Of a stretch of 64,000 nucleotides of DNA, positions 48,101 to 62,500 are shown one piece after another. The DNA is from Azolla caroliniana (Eukaryota > Plantae > Polypodiophyta). The DNA lies in assembly GCA_043228905.1 (NCBI GenBank), contig JBHGNT010000023.1, forward strand, positions 1 to 64,000. The letters are read 5' to 3'. The notes beneath the pieces are model-generated. The model made no database searches and was not told where the DNA came from. It saw nothing but the letters and a program-made list of their open reading frames with translations. Position 1 is the first letter of the stretch. Each line of letters opens with the position of its first letter. Position numbers and translations under genes: made by a program.

Positions 48101-50500
48101 GGTAGTGGAGAAGAACTCATTAGGAAATGAAAATGTTCATACCTGGCTCGTGTGATATCCGATTTTTGTGTTCAAAATTCGAATCGAAGCTACCAACCCT
48201 AGCTATGGTATAGAATTAAAAAATAAGGATTTGAAGAAGATAGCAAATTTGAGGAGGGACTTGAGAAGAGCCCGTGAGTAAATTAAAATGTTCATACCTG
48301 GCTCGTGTGATATCTAGATTTTGAAACACAGGTCGACAGACATGAAGAAATTACCACATTTGAGGAGGTAGTGCAGAAGAGTCCGTTAGGAAATGAAAAT
48401 GTTCATACCTGGCTCGTGTGATATCGGATTTTTGTGTTCAAACATGCGTATTGAAGCTAACATCGCTAGCTATGATATGAAATTAAAAAATCAAGATTTT
48501 GAAACTCAGGTCGAGAGACATGAAGAAGTTAGTAAATTTGAGGAGGGACTTGAGAACAGCCCGTGAGTCAATTAAAATGGTCATACCTGGCTCGTGTGAT
48601 ATCGGATTTTTATGTTCAAACATGCGTATAGAAGCTAACAACGCTAACTAAGATATAGAATTAAAAAATCTAGATTTTGAAACACAGGTTGACAGACATC
48701 AAGAAATTAGCACATTTGAGGAGGTAGTATAGAAGAGCCCGTTAGGAAATGAAAATGTTCAAACATGCGTATCGAAGCTAACAACACTAGCTATGATATG
48801 GAATTAAAAAAACTAGATTTTGAAACATAGGTCGACAGACATAAAGAAATTAGCATATTTGAGGAGGTAGTGGAGAAGAGCCCGTTCGGAAATGAAAATG
48901 TTCATACCTAGCTCGTGTGATATCGGATTTTTGTGTTCAAACATTAGAATCGAAGGTAGGAACCCTAACTATGATATAGAGTTAAAAAATCCAGATTTTG
49001 AAACTCAGGTCGAGAGACATGAAGAAGTTAGCAAATTTGAGGAGGGACTTGAGAAGAGCCCGTGAGTAAATTAAAATGTTCATACCCGGCTCGTGTGATA
49101 TCGGATTATTATGTTCAAACATGCGTATCAAAGCTAACAACGCTAGCTATGATATGGAATTAAAAAATGAAGATTTTAAAACTCAGGTCAAGAGACATGA
49201 AGAAATTAGCAAATTTTAGAAGGGACTTGAGAACAGCCCGTGAGTCAATTAAAATGATCATACCTGGCTCGTGTGATATCGGATTTTTATGTCCAAACAT
49301 GTGTATAGAAGCTAACAACGCTACCTATGATATAGAATTAAAAAATCTAGATTTTGAAACACAGGTCGACAGACATGAAGAAATTAGCAAATTTGAGGAG
49401 GTAGTGGAGAAGAACCCGTTAGGAAATGAAAATGTTCATACCTGGCTCGTATGATATCCGATTTTTGTGTTCAAACGTTCGAATTGAAGCTACCAACCCT
49501 AGCTATGGTATAGAATTAAAAAATAAGGATTTGAAGAAGTTAGCAAATTTGAGGAGGGACTTGAGAAGAGCCCGTGAGTAAATTAAAATGATATGGAATT
49601 AAAAAATAAAGATTTTAAAACTCAGGTCAAGAGACATGAAGAAATTAGCAAATTTGAGGAGGGACTTGAGAACAGCTCGTGAGTCAATTAAAATGGTCAT
49701 ACCTGGCTCGTGTGATATCGGATTTTTATGTTCAAACATGCGTATAGAAGCTAACAACGCTAACTAAGATATAGAATTAAAAAATCTAGAGTTTGAAACA
49801 CAGGTCGACAGACATCAAGAAATTAGCACATTTGTGGAGGTAGTGGAGAACAGCCCGTTAGGAAACGAAAATGTTCATACCTGGCTCGGGTGATATCGGA
49901 TATTGGTGTTGAAGCATGTGTATCGAATCTAACAACGTTAGCTATGATATGGAATTAAAAAATCAGGATTTCGAAACTCAGGTTGAGAGACATGAAGAAA
50001 TTAGCAAATTTGAGGAGGGAGTGGACAAGAGCGCGTTAGTAAATTAAAATGTTCATACCTGGCTCGTGTGATATCGGATTTTTGTGTTCAAACTTGCGAA
50101 TCGAAGCTAACAATGCTTGCAATAATATGGAATCAAAAAATCAAGATTTTGAAACACAGATCCCTAGACATCACGAAAATACCAAATTTGAGGAGGTAGT
50201 GGAGAAGAGCGCGTTAGTAAATTAAAATGTTCATACCTGGCTCATGTGATATCGGAGTTTTGTGTTCAAACATGCGAATCGAAGCTAACAACGCTAGCTA
50301 TGATATGGAATTAAAAAATCAAGATTTTGAAACACAGGTCGAGAGACATGACGAAATTAGCAAATTTGAGTAGGTAGTGGAGTAGAGCACCTTAGTAAAT
50401 TAAAATGTTCATATCTGGCTCGTGTGATATCGGATTGTTGTGTTCAAACATGCGAATCGAATCTAACTGCGCTAGCTATGATACAGAATTAAAAAATCAA
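45154..50500 (+). repeat. 178-bp satellite, transitional layer with deleted monomers and a ~1.3-kb tandem duplication
   Basis: Variants gaggtagtggagaagagcccgttagg and gggacttgagaagagcccgtgag; the same deletion junction tgatatctag at 47011 and 48308. Confidence 0.95.
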
Positions 50501-53500
50501 GATTTTGAAACTCAGGTCGAGAGACATGAAGAAATTAGCAAATTTGAGGAGGGAGTGGACAAGAGCTAGTAGGTAAATTAAAATGTTCATACCTGGCTCG
50601 TGTGATATCGGATTTTTGTGTTCAAACATGCGAATCGAAGCTAACTACGCTAGCAATGATACAGAATTAAAAAATCAAGATTTTGAAACTCACGTCGAGA
50701 GACATGAACACATTAGCAAATTTGCGGAGGGAGTGGACAAGAGCTAGTAGGTAAATTAAAATGTTCATAATTGGCTCGTGTGATATCGGATTTTTGTGTT
50801 CAAACATGCGAATCGAAGCTAACTACGCTAGCAATGATACAGAATTAAAAAATCAAGATTTTGAAACTCACGTCGAGAGACATGAACAAATTAGCAAATT
50901 TGAGGAGGGAGTGGACAAGAGCTGGTAGGTAAATTAAAATGTTCATACCTGGCTCGTGTGATATCGGATTTTTGTGTTCAAACATGCGAATCGAAGCTAA
51001 CTACGCTAGCAATGATACAGAATTAAAAAATCAAGATTTTGAAACTCACGTCGAGAGACATGAACAAATTAGCAAATTTGCGGAGGGAGTGGACAAGAGG
51101 TAGTAGGTAAATTAAAATGTTCATACCTGGCTCGTGTGATATCGGATTTTTGTGTTCAAACTTGCGAATCGAAGCTAACAACGCTAGCAATGATACAGAA
51201 TTAAAAAATCAAGATTTTGAAACTCACGTCGAGAGACATGAACAAATTAGCACATTTGAGGAGGGAGTGGACAAGAGCTAGTAGGTAAATTAAAATGTTC
51301 ATACATGGCTCGTGTGATATCGGATTTTTGTGTTCAAACATGCGAATCGAAGCTAACTACGCTAGCAATGATACAGAATTAAAAAATCAAGATTTTGAAA
51401 CTCACGTCGACAGACATGAACAAATTAGCAAATTTGCGGAGGGAGTGGACAAGAGGTAGTAGGTAAATTAAAATGTTCATACCTGGCTCGTGTTATATCG
51501 GATTTTTGTGTTCAAACTTGCGAATCGAAGCTAACAACGCAGGCTATCATATGGAATTAAAAAATCAAGATTTTGAAACTCAGGTTGACAGACATGAAGA
51601 AATTAGCAAATTTGAGGAGGGAGTGGACAAGAGGTAGTAGGTAAATTAAAATGTTCATACCTGGCTCGTGTGATATCGGAGTTTTGTGTTCAAACATGCG
51701 AATCGAAGCTAACAACGCTAGCTATGATATGGAATTAAAAAATCAAGATTTTGAAACACAGGTCGAGAGACATGACGAAATTAGCAAATTTGAGGAGGTA
51801 GTGGAGTAGAGCACGTTAGTAAATTAAAATGTTCATATCTGGCTCGTGTGATATCGGATTGTTGTGTTCAAACAAGCGAATCGAATCTAACTGCGCTAGC
51901 TATGATACAGAATTAAAAAATCAAGATTTTGAAACTCAGGTCGAGAGACATGAAGAAATTAGCAAATTTGAGGAGGGAGTGGACAAGAGCTAGTAGGTAA
52001 ATTAAAATGTTCATACCTGGCTCTTGTGATATCGGATTTTTTTGTTCAAACATGCGAATCGAAGCTAACTACGCTAGCAATGATACAGAATTAAAAAATC
52101 AAGATTTTGAAACTCACGTCGAGAGACATGAACAAATTAGCAAATTTGCGGAGGGAGTGGACAAGAGGTAGTAGGTAAATTAAAATGTTCATACCTGGCT
52201 CGTGTGATATCGGATTTTTGTGTTCAAACTTGCGAATCGAAGCTAACAACGCTAGCAATGATACAGAATTAAAAAATCAAGATTTTGAAACTCACGTCGA
52301 GAGACATGAACAAATTAGCACATTTGAGGAGGGAGTGGACAAGAGCTAGTAGGTAAATTAAAATGTTCATACCTGGCTCGTGTGATATCGGATTTTTGTG
52401 TTCAAACATGCGAATCGAAGCTAACTACGCTAGCAATGATACAGAATTAAAAAATCAAGATTTTGAAACTCACGTCGACAGACATGAACAAATTAGCAAA
52501 TTTGCGGAGGGAGTGGACAAGAGGTAGTAGGTAAATTAAAATGTTCATACCTGGCTCGTGTTATATCGGATTTTTGTGTTCAAACTTGCGAATCGAAGCT
52601 AACAACGCAAGCTATCATATGGAATTAAAAAATCAAGATTTTGAAACTCAGGTTGACAGACATGAAGAAATTAGCAAATTTAAGGAGGGAGTGGACAAGA
52701 GCTAGTAGGTAAATTAAAATGTTCATACCTGGCTCGTGTGATATCGGATTTTTGTGTTGAAACATGCGAATCGAAGCTAACTACGCTAGCTATGATACAC
52801 AATTAAAAAATCAAGATTTTGAAACTCAGGTCGAGAGGCATGAAGAAATTAGCAAATTTGAGGAGGGAGTGGACAAGAGCTAGTAGGTAAATTAAAATGT
52901 TCATACCTGGCTTGTGTGATATCGGATTTTTGTGTTCAAACATGCGAATCGAAGCTAACTAAGCTAGCTATGATACACAATTAAAAAATCCAGATTTTGA
53001 AACTCAGGTCGAGAGACATGAACAAATTAGCAAATTTGAGGAGGGAGTGGACAAGAGCTAGTAGGTAGATTAAAATGTTCATACCTGGCTCGTGTGATAT
53101 CGGATTTTTGTGTTCAAACATGCGAATCGAAGCTAACTACGCTAGCTATGATACCGAATTAAAAAATCAAGATTTTGAAACTCAGGTCGAGAGACATGAA
53201 GAAATTAGCAAATTTGAGGAGGGAGTGGACAAGAGCTAGTAGGTAAATTAAAATGTTCATACCTGGCTCTTGTGATATCGGATTTTTTTGTTCAAACATG
53301 CGAATCGAAGCTAACTACGCTAGCAATGATACAGAATTAAAAAATCAAGATTTTGAAACTCACGTCGAGAGACATGAACAAATTAGCAAATTTGCGGAGG
53401 GAGTGGACAAGAGGTAGTAGGTAAATTAAAATGTTCATACCTGGCTCGTGTGATATCGGATTTTTGTGTTCAAACTTGCGAATCGAAGCTAACAACGCTA

Positions 53501-56500
53501 GCAATGATACAGAATTAAAAAATCAAGATTTTGAAACTCACGTCGAGAGACATGAACAAATTAGCACATTTGAGGAGGGAGTGGACAAGAGCTAGTAGGT
53601 AAATTAAAATGTTCATACCTGGCTCGTGTGATATCGGATTTTTGTGTTCAAACATGCGAATCGAAGCTAACTACGCTAGCAATGATACAGAATTAAAAAA
53701 TCAAGATTTTGAAACTCACGTCGACAGACATGAACAAATTAGCAAATTTGCGGAGGGAGTGGACAAGAGGTAGTAGGTAAATTAAAATGTTCATACCTGG
53801 CTCGTGTTATATCGGATTTTTGTGTTCAAACTTGCGAATCGAAGCTAACAACGCAAGCTATCATATGGAATTAAAAAATCAAGATTTTGAAACTCAGGTT
53901 GACAGACATGAAGAAATTAGCAAATTTGAGGAGGGAGTGGACAAGAGGTAGTAGGTAAATTAAAATGTTCATACCTGGCTCGTGTGATATCGGATTTTTG
54001 TGTTGAAACATGCGAATCGAAGCTAACTACGCTAGCTATGATACACAATTAAAAAATCAAGATTTTGAAACTCAGGTCGAGAGGCATGAAGAAATTAGCA
54101 AATTTGAGGAGGGAGTGGACAAGAGCTAGTAGGTAAATTAAAATGTTCATACCTGGCTTGTGTGATATCGGATTTTTGTGTTCAAACATGCGAATCGAAG
54201 CTAACTAAGCTAGCTATGATACACAATTAAAAAATCCAGATTTTGAAACTCAGGTCGAGAGACATGAACAAATTAGCAAATTTGAGGAGGGAGTGGACAA
54301 GAGCTAGTAGGTAGATTAAAATGTTCATACCTGGCTCGTGTGATATCGGATTTTTGTGTTCAAACATGCGAATCGAAGCTAACTACGCTAGCTATGATAC
54401 CGAATTAAAAAATCAAGATTTTGAAACTTAGGTCGAGAGACATGAACAAATTAGCAAATTTGAGGAGGGAGTGGACAAGAGCTAGTAGGTAAATTAAAAT
54501 GTTCATACCTGGCTCGTGTGATATCGGATTTTTGTGTTCAAACATGCGAATCGAAGATAACTACGCTAGCTATGATACAGAATTAAAAAATCAAGATTTT
54601 GAAACTCAGGTCGAGAGACATGAAGAAATTAGCAAATTTGAGGAGGTAGTGGAGTAGAGCGCGTTAGTAAATTAAAATGTTCATACCTGGCTCGTTTGAT
54701 ATCAGATTTTTGTGTTCAAACATGCGAATCGAAGCTAACTACGCTAGCAATGATACAGAATTAAAAAATCAAGATTTTGAAACTCACGTCGAGAGACATG
54801 AACAAATTAGCAAATTTGCGGAGGGAGTGGACAAGAGGTAGTAGGTAAATTAAAATGTTCATACCTGGCTCGTGTTATATCGGATTTTTGTGTTCAAACT
54901 TTTGAATCGAAGCTAACAATGCAAGCTATGATGTGGAATTAAAAAATCAAGATTTTGAAGCTCAGGTTGAGAGACATGAAGAAATTAGCAAATTTGAGGA
55001 GGGAGTGGACAAGAGGTAGTAGGTAAATTAAAATGTTCATACCTGGCTCGTGTGATATCGGATTTTTGTGTTCAAACTTGCGAATCGAAGCTAACAACGC
55101 TAGCAATGATACAGAATTAAAAAATCAAGATTTTGAAACTCACGTCGAGAGACATGAACAAATTAGCACATTTGAGGAGGGAGTGGACAAGAGCTAGTAG
55201 GTAAATTAAAATGTTCATACCTGGCTCGTGTGATATCGGATTTTTGTGTTCAAACATGCGAATCGAAGCTAACTACGCTAGCAATGATACAGAATTAAAA
55301 AATCAAGATTTTGAAACTCACGTCGACAGACATGAACAAATTAGCAAATTTGCGGAGGGAGTGGACAAGAGGTAGTAGGTAAATTAAAATGTTCATACCT
55401 GGCTCGTGTTATATCGGATTTTTGTGTTCAAACTTGCGAATCGAAGCTAACAACGCAAGCTATCATATGGAATTAAAAAATCAAGATTTTGAAACTCAGG
55501 TTGACAGACATGAAGAAATTAGCAAATTTAAGGAGGGAGTGGACAAGAGCTAGTAGGTAAATTAAAATGTTCATACCTGGCTCGTGTGATATCGGATTTT
55601 TGTGTTGAAACATGCGAATCGAAGCTAACTACGCTAGCTATGATACACAATTAAAAAATCAAGATTTTGAAACTCAGGTCGAGAGGCATGAAGAAATTAG
55701 CAAATTTGAGGAGGGAGTGGACAAGAGCTAGTAGGTAAATTAAAATGTTCATACCTGGCTTGTGTGATATCGGATTTTTGTGTTCAAACATGCGAATCGA
55801 AGCTAACTAAGCTAGCTATGATACACAATTAAAAAATCCAGATTTTGAAACTCAGGTCGAGAGACATGAACAAATTAGCAAATTTGAGGAGGGAGTGGAC
55901 AAGAGCTAGTAGGTAGATTAAAATGTTCATACCTGGCTCGTGTGATATCGGATTTTTGTGTTCAAACATGCGAATCGAAGCTAACTACGCTAGCTATGAT
56001 ACCGAATTAAAAAATCAAGATTTTGAAACTCAGGTCGAGAGACATGAAGAAATTAGCAAATTTGAGGAGGGAGTGGACAAGAGCTAGTAGGTAAATTAAA
56101 ATGTTCATACCTGGCTCTTGTGATATCGGATTTTTTTGTTCAAACATGCGAATCGAAGCTAACTACGCTAGCAATGATACAGAATTAAAAAATCAAGATT
56201 TTGAAACTCACGTCGAGAGACATGAACAAATTAGCAAATTTGCGGAGGGAGTGGACAAGAGGTAGTAGGTAAATTAAAATGTTCATACCTGGCTCGTGTG
56301 ATATCGGATTTTTGTGTTCAAACTTGCGAATCGAAGCTAACAACGCTAGCAATGATACAGAATTAAAAAATCAAGATTTTGAAACTCACGTCGAGAGACA
56401 TGAACAAATTAGCACATTTGAGGAGGGAGTGGACAAGAGCTAGTAGGTAAATTAAAATGTTCATACCTGGCTCGTGTGATATCGGATTTTTGTGTTCAAA

Positions 56501-59500
56501 CATGCGAATCGAAGCTAACTACGCTAGCAATGATACAGAATTAAAAAATCAAGATTTTGAAACTCACGTCGACAGACATGAACAAATTAGCAAATTTGCG
56601 GAGGGAGTGGACAAGAGGTAGTAGGTAAATTAAAATGTTCATACCTGGCTCGTGTTATATCGGATTTTTGTGTTCAAACTTGCGAATCGAAGCTAACAAC
56701 GCAAGCTATCATATGGAATTAAAAAATCAAGATTTTGAAACTCAGGTTGACAGACATGAAGAAATTAGCAAATTTGAGGAGGGAGTGGACAAGAGCTAGT
56801 AGGTAAATTAAAATGTTCATACCTGGCTCGTGTGATATCGGATTTTTGTGTTGAAACATGCGAATCGAAGCTAACTACGCTAGCTATGATACACAATTAA
56901 AAAATCAAGATTTTGAAACTCAGGTCGAGAGGCATGAAGAAATTAGCAAATTTGAGGAGGGAGTGGACAAGAGCTAGTAGGTAAATTAAAATGTTCATAC
57001 CTGGCTTGTGTGATATCGGATTTTTGTGTTCAAACATGCGAATCGAAGCTAACTAAGCTAGCTATGATACACAATTAAAAAATCCAGATTTTGAAACTCA
57101 GGTCGAGAGACATGAACAAATTAGCAAATTTGAGGAGGGAGTGGACAAGAGCTAGTAGGTAGATTAAAATGTTCATACCTGGCTCGTGTGATATCGGATT
57201 TTTGTGTTCAAACATGCGAATCGAAGCTAACTACGCTAGCTATGATACCGAATTAAAAAATCAAGATTTTGAAACTTAGGTCGAGAGACATGAACAAATT
57301 AGCAAATTTGAGGAGGGAGTGGACAAGAGCTAGTAGGTAAATTAAAATGTTCATACCTGGCTCGTGTGATATCGGATTTTTGTGTTCAAACATGCGAATC
57401 GAAGATAACTACGCTAGCTATGATACAGAATTAAAAAATCAAGATTTTGAAACTCAGGTCGAGAGACATGAAGAAATTAGCAAATTTGAGGAGGTAGTGG
57501 AGTAGAGCGCGTTAGTAAATTAAAATGTTCATACCTGGCTCGTTTGATATCAGATTTTTGTGTTCAAACATGCGAATCGAAGCTAACTACGCTAGCAATG
57601 ATACAGAATTAAAAAATCAAGATTTTGAAACTCACGTCGAGAGACATGAACAAATTAGCAAATTTGCGGAGGGAGTGGACAAGAGGTAGTAGGTAAATTA
57701 AAATGTTCATACCTGGCTCGTGTTATATCGGATTTTTGTGTTCAAACTTTTGAATCGAAGCTAACAATGCAAGCTATGATGTGGAATTAAAAAATCAAGA
57801 TTTTGAAGCTCAGGTTGAGAGACATGAAGAAATTAGCAAATTTGAGGAGGGAGTGGACAAGAGGTAGTAGGTAAATTAAAATGTTCATACCTGGCTCGTG
57901 TGATATCGGATTTTTGTGTTCAAACATGCGAATCGAAGCTAACTACGCTAGCTATGATACAGAATTAAAAAAACAAGATTTTGAAACTCAGGTCGAGAGA
58001 CATGAAGAAATTAGCAAATTTGAGGAGGGAGTGGACAAGAGCTAGTAGGTAAATCCAAATGTTCATAACTGGCTCGTGTGATATCAGATTTTTGTGTTCA
58101 AACATGGGAGTCGAATCTAACAATGGTAGCTATGATATGGAATTAAAAAATGAAGATTTTGAAACTCAGGTTGAGAGACATGAAGAAATTAGCAAATTTG
58201 AGGAGGGAGTGGACAAGAGCTAGCAGGTAAATTAAAATGTTCATACCTGGCTCGTGTGATATCGGATTTTTGTGTTCAAACATGCGAATCGAAGCTAACT
58301 ACGCTAGCTATGATACGAAATTAAAAAATCAAGATTTTGACGCTCAGGTGGAGAGACATGAACAAATTAGCAAATTTGAGGAAGGAGTGGACAAGAGCTA
58401 GTAGGTAAATTAAAATGTTCATACCTGGCTCGTGTGATATCAGATTTTTGTGTTCAAACATGCGAATCGAAGCTAACTACGCTAGCTATGATACCGAATT
58501 AAAAAATCAAGATTTTGAAACTTAGGTCAAGAGACATGAACAAATTAGCAAATTTGAGGAGGGAGTGGACAAGAGCTAGTAGGTAAATTAAAATGTTCAT
58601 ACCTGGCTCGTGTGATATCGGATTTTTGTGTTGAAACATGCGAATCGAAGCTAACTACGCTAGCTATGATACAGAATTAAAAAAACAAGATTTTGAAACT
58701 CAGGTCGAGAGACATGAAGAAATTAGCAAATTTGAGGAGGGAGTGGACAAGAGGTAGTACGTAAATTAAAATGTTCATACCTGGCTCGTGTGATATCGGA
58801 TTTTTGTGTTCAAACATGCGAATCGAAGCTAACTACGCTAGCTATGATACCGAATTAAAAAATCAAGATTTTGAAACTTAGGTCGAGAGACATGAACAAA
58901 TTAGCAAATTTGAGGAGGGAGTGGACAAGAGCTAGTAGGTAAATTAAAATGTTCATACCTGGCTCGTGTGATATCGGATTTTTGTGTTCAAACATGCGAA
59001 TCGAAGCAAACTACGCTAGCTATGATACAGAATTAAAAAAACAAGATTTTGAAACTCAGGTCGAGAGACATGAAGAAATTAGCAAATTTGAGGAGGGAGT
59101 GGACAAGAGGTAGTAGGTAAATTAAAATGTTCATACCTGGCTCATCTGATATCGGATTTTTGTGTTCAAACTTACGAATCGAAGCTAACTACGCTAGCTA
59201 TGATACAGAATTAAAAAATCAAGATTTTGAAACTCAGGTCGAGAGACATGAAGAAATTAGCAAATTTGAGGAGGGAGTGGACAAGAGCTAGTAGGTAAAT
59301 TAAAATGTTCATACCTGGCTCGTGTGATATCGGATTTTAGTGTTTAAACATGCGAATCGAAGCTAATTACGCTAGCTATGATACAGAATTACAAAATCAA
59401 GATTTTGAAACTCAGGTCAAGAGACATGAAGAAATTAGCAAATTTGAGGAGGGAGTGGACAAGAGCTAGTAGGTAAATTAAATGTTCATACCTGGCTCGT

Positions 59501-62500
59501 GTGATATCGGATTTTTGTGTTCAAACATGCGAATCAAAGCTAACTACGCTAGCTATGATACACAATTAAAAAATCAAGATTTTGAAACTCAGGTCGAGAG
59601 GCATGAAGAAATTAGCAAATTTGAGGAGGGAGTGGACAAGAGCTAGTAGGTAAATTAAAATGTTCATACCTGGCTCGTGTGATATCGGATTTTTGTGTTC
59701 AAACATGCGAATCGAAGCTAACTACGCTAGCTATGATACAGAATTAAAAAAAGAAGATTTTGAAACTCAGGTCGAGAGACATGAAGAAATTAGCAAATTT
59801 GAGGAGGGAGTGGACAAGAGGTAGTAGGTAAATTAAAATGTTCATACCTGGCTCGTCTGATATCGGATTTTTGTGTTCAAACTTGCGAATCGAAGCTAAC
59901 TACGCTAGCTATGATACAGAATTAAAAAATCAAGATTTTGAAACTCAGGTTGAGAGACATGAAGAAATTAGCAAATTTGAGGAGGGAGTGGACAAGAGCT
60001 AGTAGGTAAATTAAAATGTTCATACCTGGCTCGTGTGATATCGGATTTTAGTGTTTAAACATGCGAATCGAAGCTAATTACGCTAGCTATGATACAGAAT
60101 TACAAAATCAAGATTTTGAAACTCAGGTCGAGAGACATGAAGAAATTAGCAAATTTGAGGAGGGAGTGGACAAGAGCTAGTAGGTAAATTAAATGTTCAT
60201 ACCTGGCTCGTGTGATATCGGATTTTTGTGTTCAAACATGCGAATCAAAGCTAACTACGCTAGCTATGATACACAATTAAAAAATCAAGATTTTGAAACT
60301 CAGGTCGAGAGGCATGAAGAAATTAGCAAATTTGAGGAGGGAGTGGACAAGAGCTAGTAGGTAAATTAAAATGTTCATACCTGGCTCGTGTGATATCGGA
60401 TTTTTGTGTTGAAACATGTGAATCGAAGCTAACTACGCTAGCTATGATACACAATTAAAAAATCAAGATTTTGAAACTCAGGTCGAGAGGCATGAAGAAA
60501 TTAGCAAATTTGAGGAGGGAGTGGACAAGAGCTAGTAGGTAAATTAAAATGTTCATACCTGGCTCGTGTGATATCGGATTTTTGTGTTCAAACATGCGAA
60601 TCGAACCTAACTAAGCTAGCTATGATACACAATTAAAAAATCAAGATTTTGAAACTCAGGTCGAGAGACATGAACAAATTAGCAAATTTGAGGAGGGAGT
60701 GGACAAGAGCTAGTAGGTAGATTAAAATGTTCATACCTGGCTCGTGTGATATCGGATTTTTGTGTTCAAACATGCGAATCGAAGCTAACTACGCTAGCTA
60801 TGATACCGAATTAAAAAATCAAGATTTTGAAACTTAGGTCGAGAGACATGAACAAATTAGCAAATTTGAGGAGGGAGTGGACAAGAGCTAGTAGGTAAAT
60901 TAAAATGTTCATACCTGGCTCGTGTGATATCGGATTTTTGTGTTGAAACATGTGAATCGAAGCTAACTACGCTAGCTATGATACACAATTAAAAAATCAA
61001 GATTTTGAAACTCAGGTCGAGAGGCATGAAGAAATTAGCAAATTTGAGGAGGGAGTGGACAAGAGCTAGTAGGTAAATTAAAATGTTCATACCTGGCTCG
61101 TGTGATATCGGATTTTTGTGTTCAAACATGCGAATCGAACCTAACTAACCTAGCTATGATACACAATTAAAAAATCAAGATTTTGAAACTCAGGTCGAGA
61201 GACATGAACAAATTAGCAAATTTGAGGAGGGAGTGGACAAGAGCTAGTAGGTAGATTAAAATGTTCATACCTGGCTCGTGTGATATCGGATTTTTGTGTT
61301 CAAACATGCGAATCGAAGCTAACTACGCTAGCTATGATACCGAATTAAAAAATCAAGATTTTGAAATTTAGGTCGAGAGACATGAACAAATTAGCAAATT
61401 TGAGGAGGGAGTGGACAAGAGCTAGTAGGTAAATTAAAATGTTCATACCTGGCTCGTGTGATATCGGATTTTTGTGTTCAAACATGCGAATCGAAGCTAA
61501 CTACGCTAGCTATGATACAGAATTAAAAAAACAAGATTTTGAAACTCAGGTCGAGAGACATGAAGAAATTAGCAAATTTGAGGAGGGAGTGGACAAGAGG
61601 TAGTAGGTAAATTAAAATGTTCATACCTGGCTCGTGTGATATCGGATTTTTGTGTTCAAACTTGCGAATCGAAGCAAACTACGCTAGCTATGATACAGAA
61701 TTAAAAAATCAAGATTTTGAAACTCAGGTTGAGAGACATGAAGAAATTAGCAAATTTGAGGAGGGAGTGGACAAGAGCTAGTAGGTAAATTAAAATGTTC
61801 ATACCTGGCTCGTGTGATATCGGATTTTAGTGTTCAAACATGCGAATCGAAGCTAATTACGCTAGCTATGATACAGAATTACAAAATCAAGATTTTGAAA
61901 CTCAGGTCGAGAGACATGAAGAAATTAGCAAATTTGAGGAGGGAGTGGACAAGAGCTAGTAGGTAAATTAAAATGTTCATACCTGGCTCGTGTGATATCG
62001 GATTTTTGTGTTCAAACATGCGAATCAAAGCTAACTACGCTAGCTATGATACACAATTAAAAATTCCACATTTTGAAACTCAGGTCGAGAGACATGAACA
62101 AATTAGCAAATTTGAGGAGGGAGTGGACAAGAGCTAGTAGCTAAATTAAAATGTTCATACCTGGCTCGTGTGATATCGGATTTTTGTGTTGAAACATGCG
62201 AATCGAAGCTAACTACGCTAGCTATGATACACAATTAAAAAATCAAGATTTTGAAACTCAGGTCGAGAGGCATGAAGAAATTAGCAAATTTGAGGAGGGA
62301 GTGGACAAGAGCTAGTAGGTAAATTAAAATGTTCATACCTGGCTCGTGTGATATCGGATTTTTGTGTTCAAACATGCGAATCGAAGCTAACTAAGCTAGC
62401 TATGATACACAATTAAAAAATCCAGATTTTGAAACTCAGGTCGAGAGACATGAACAAATTAGCAAATTTGAGGAGGGAGTGGACAAGAGCTAGTAGGTAG

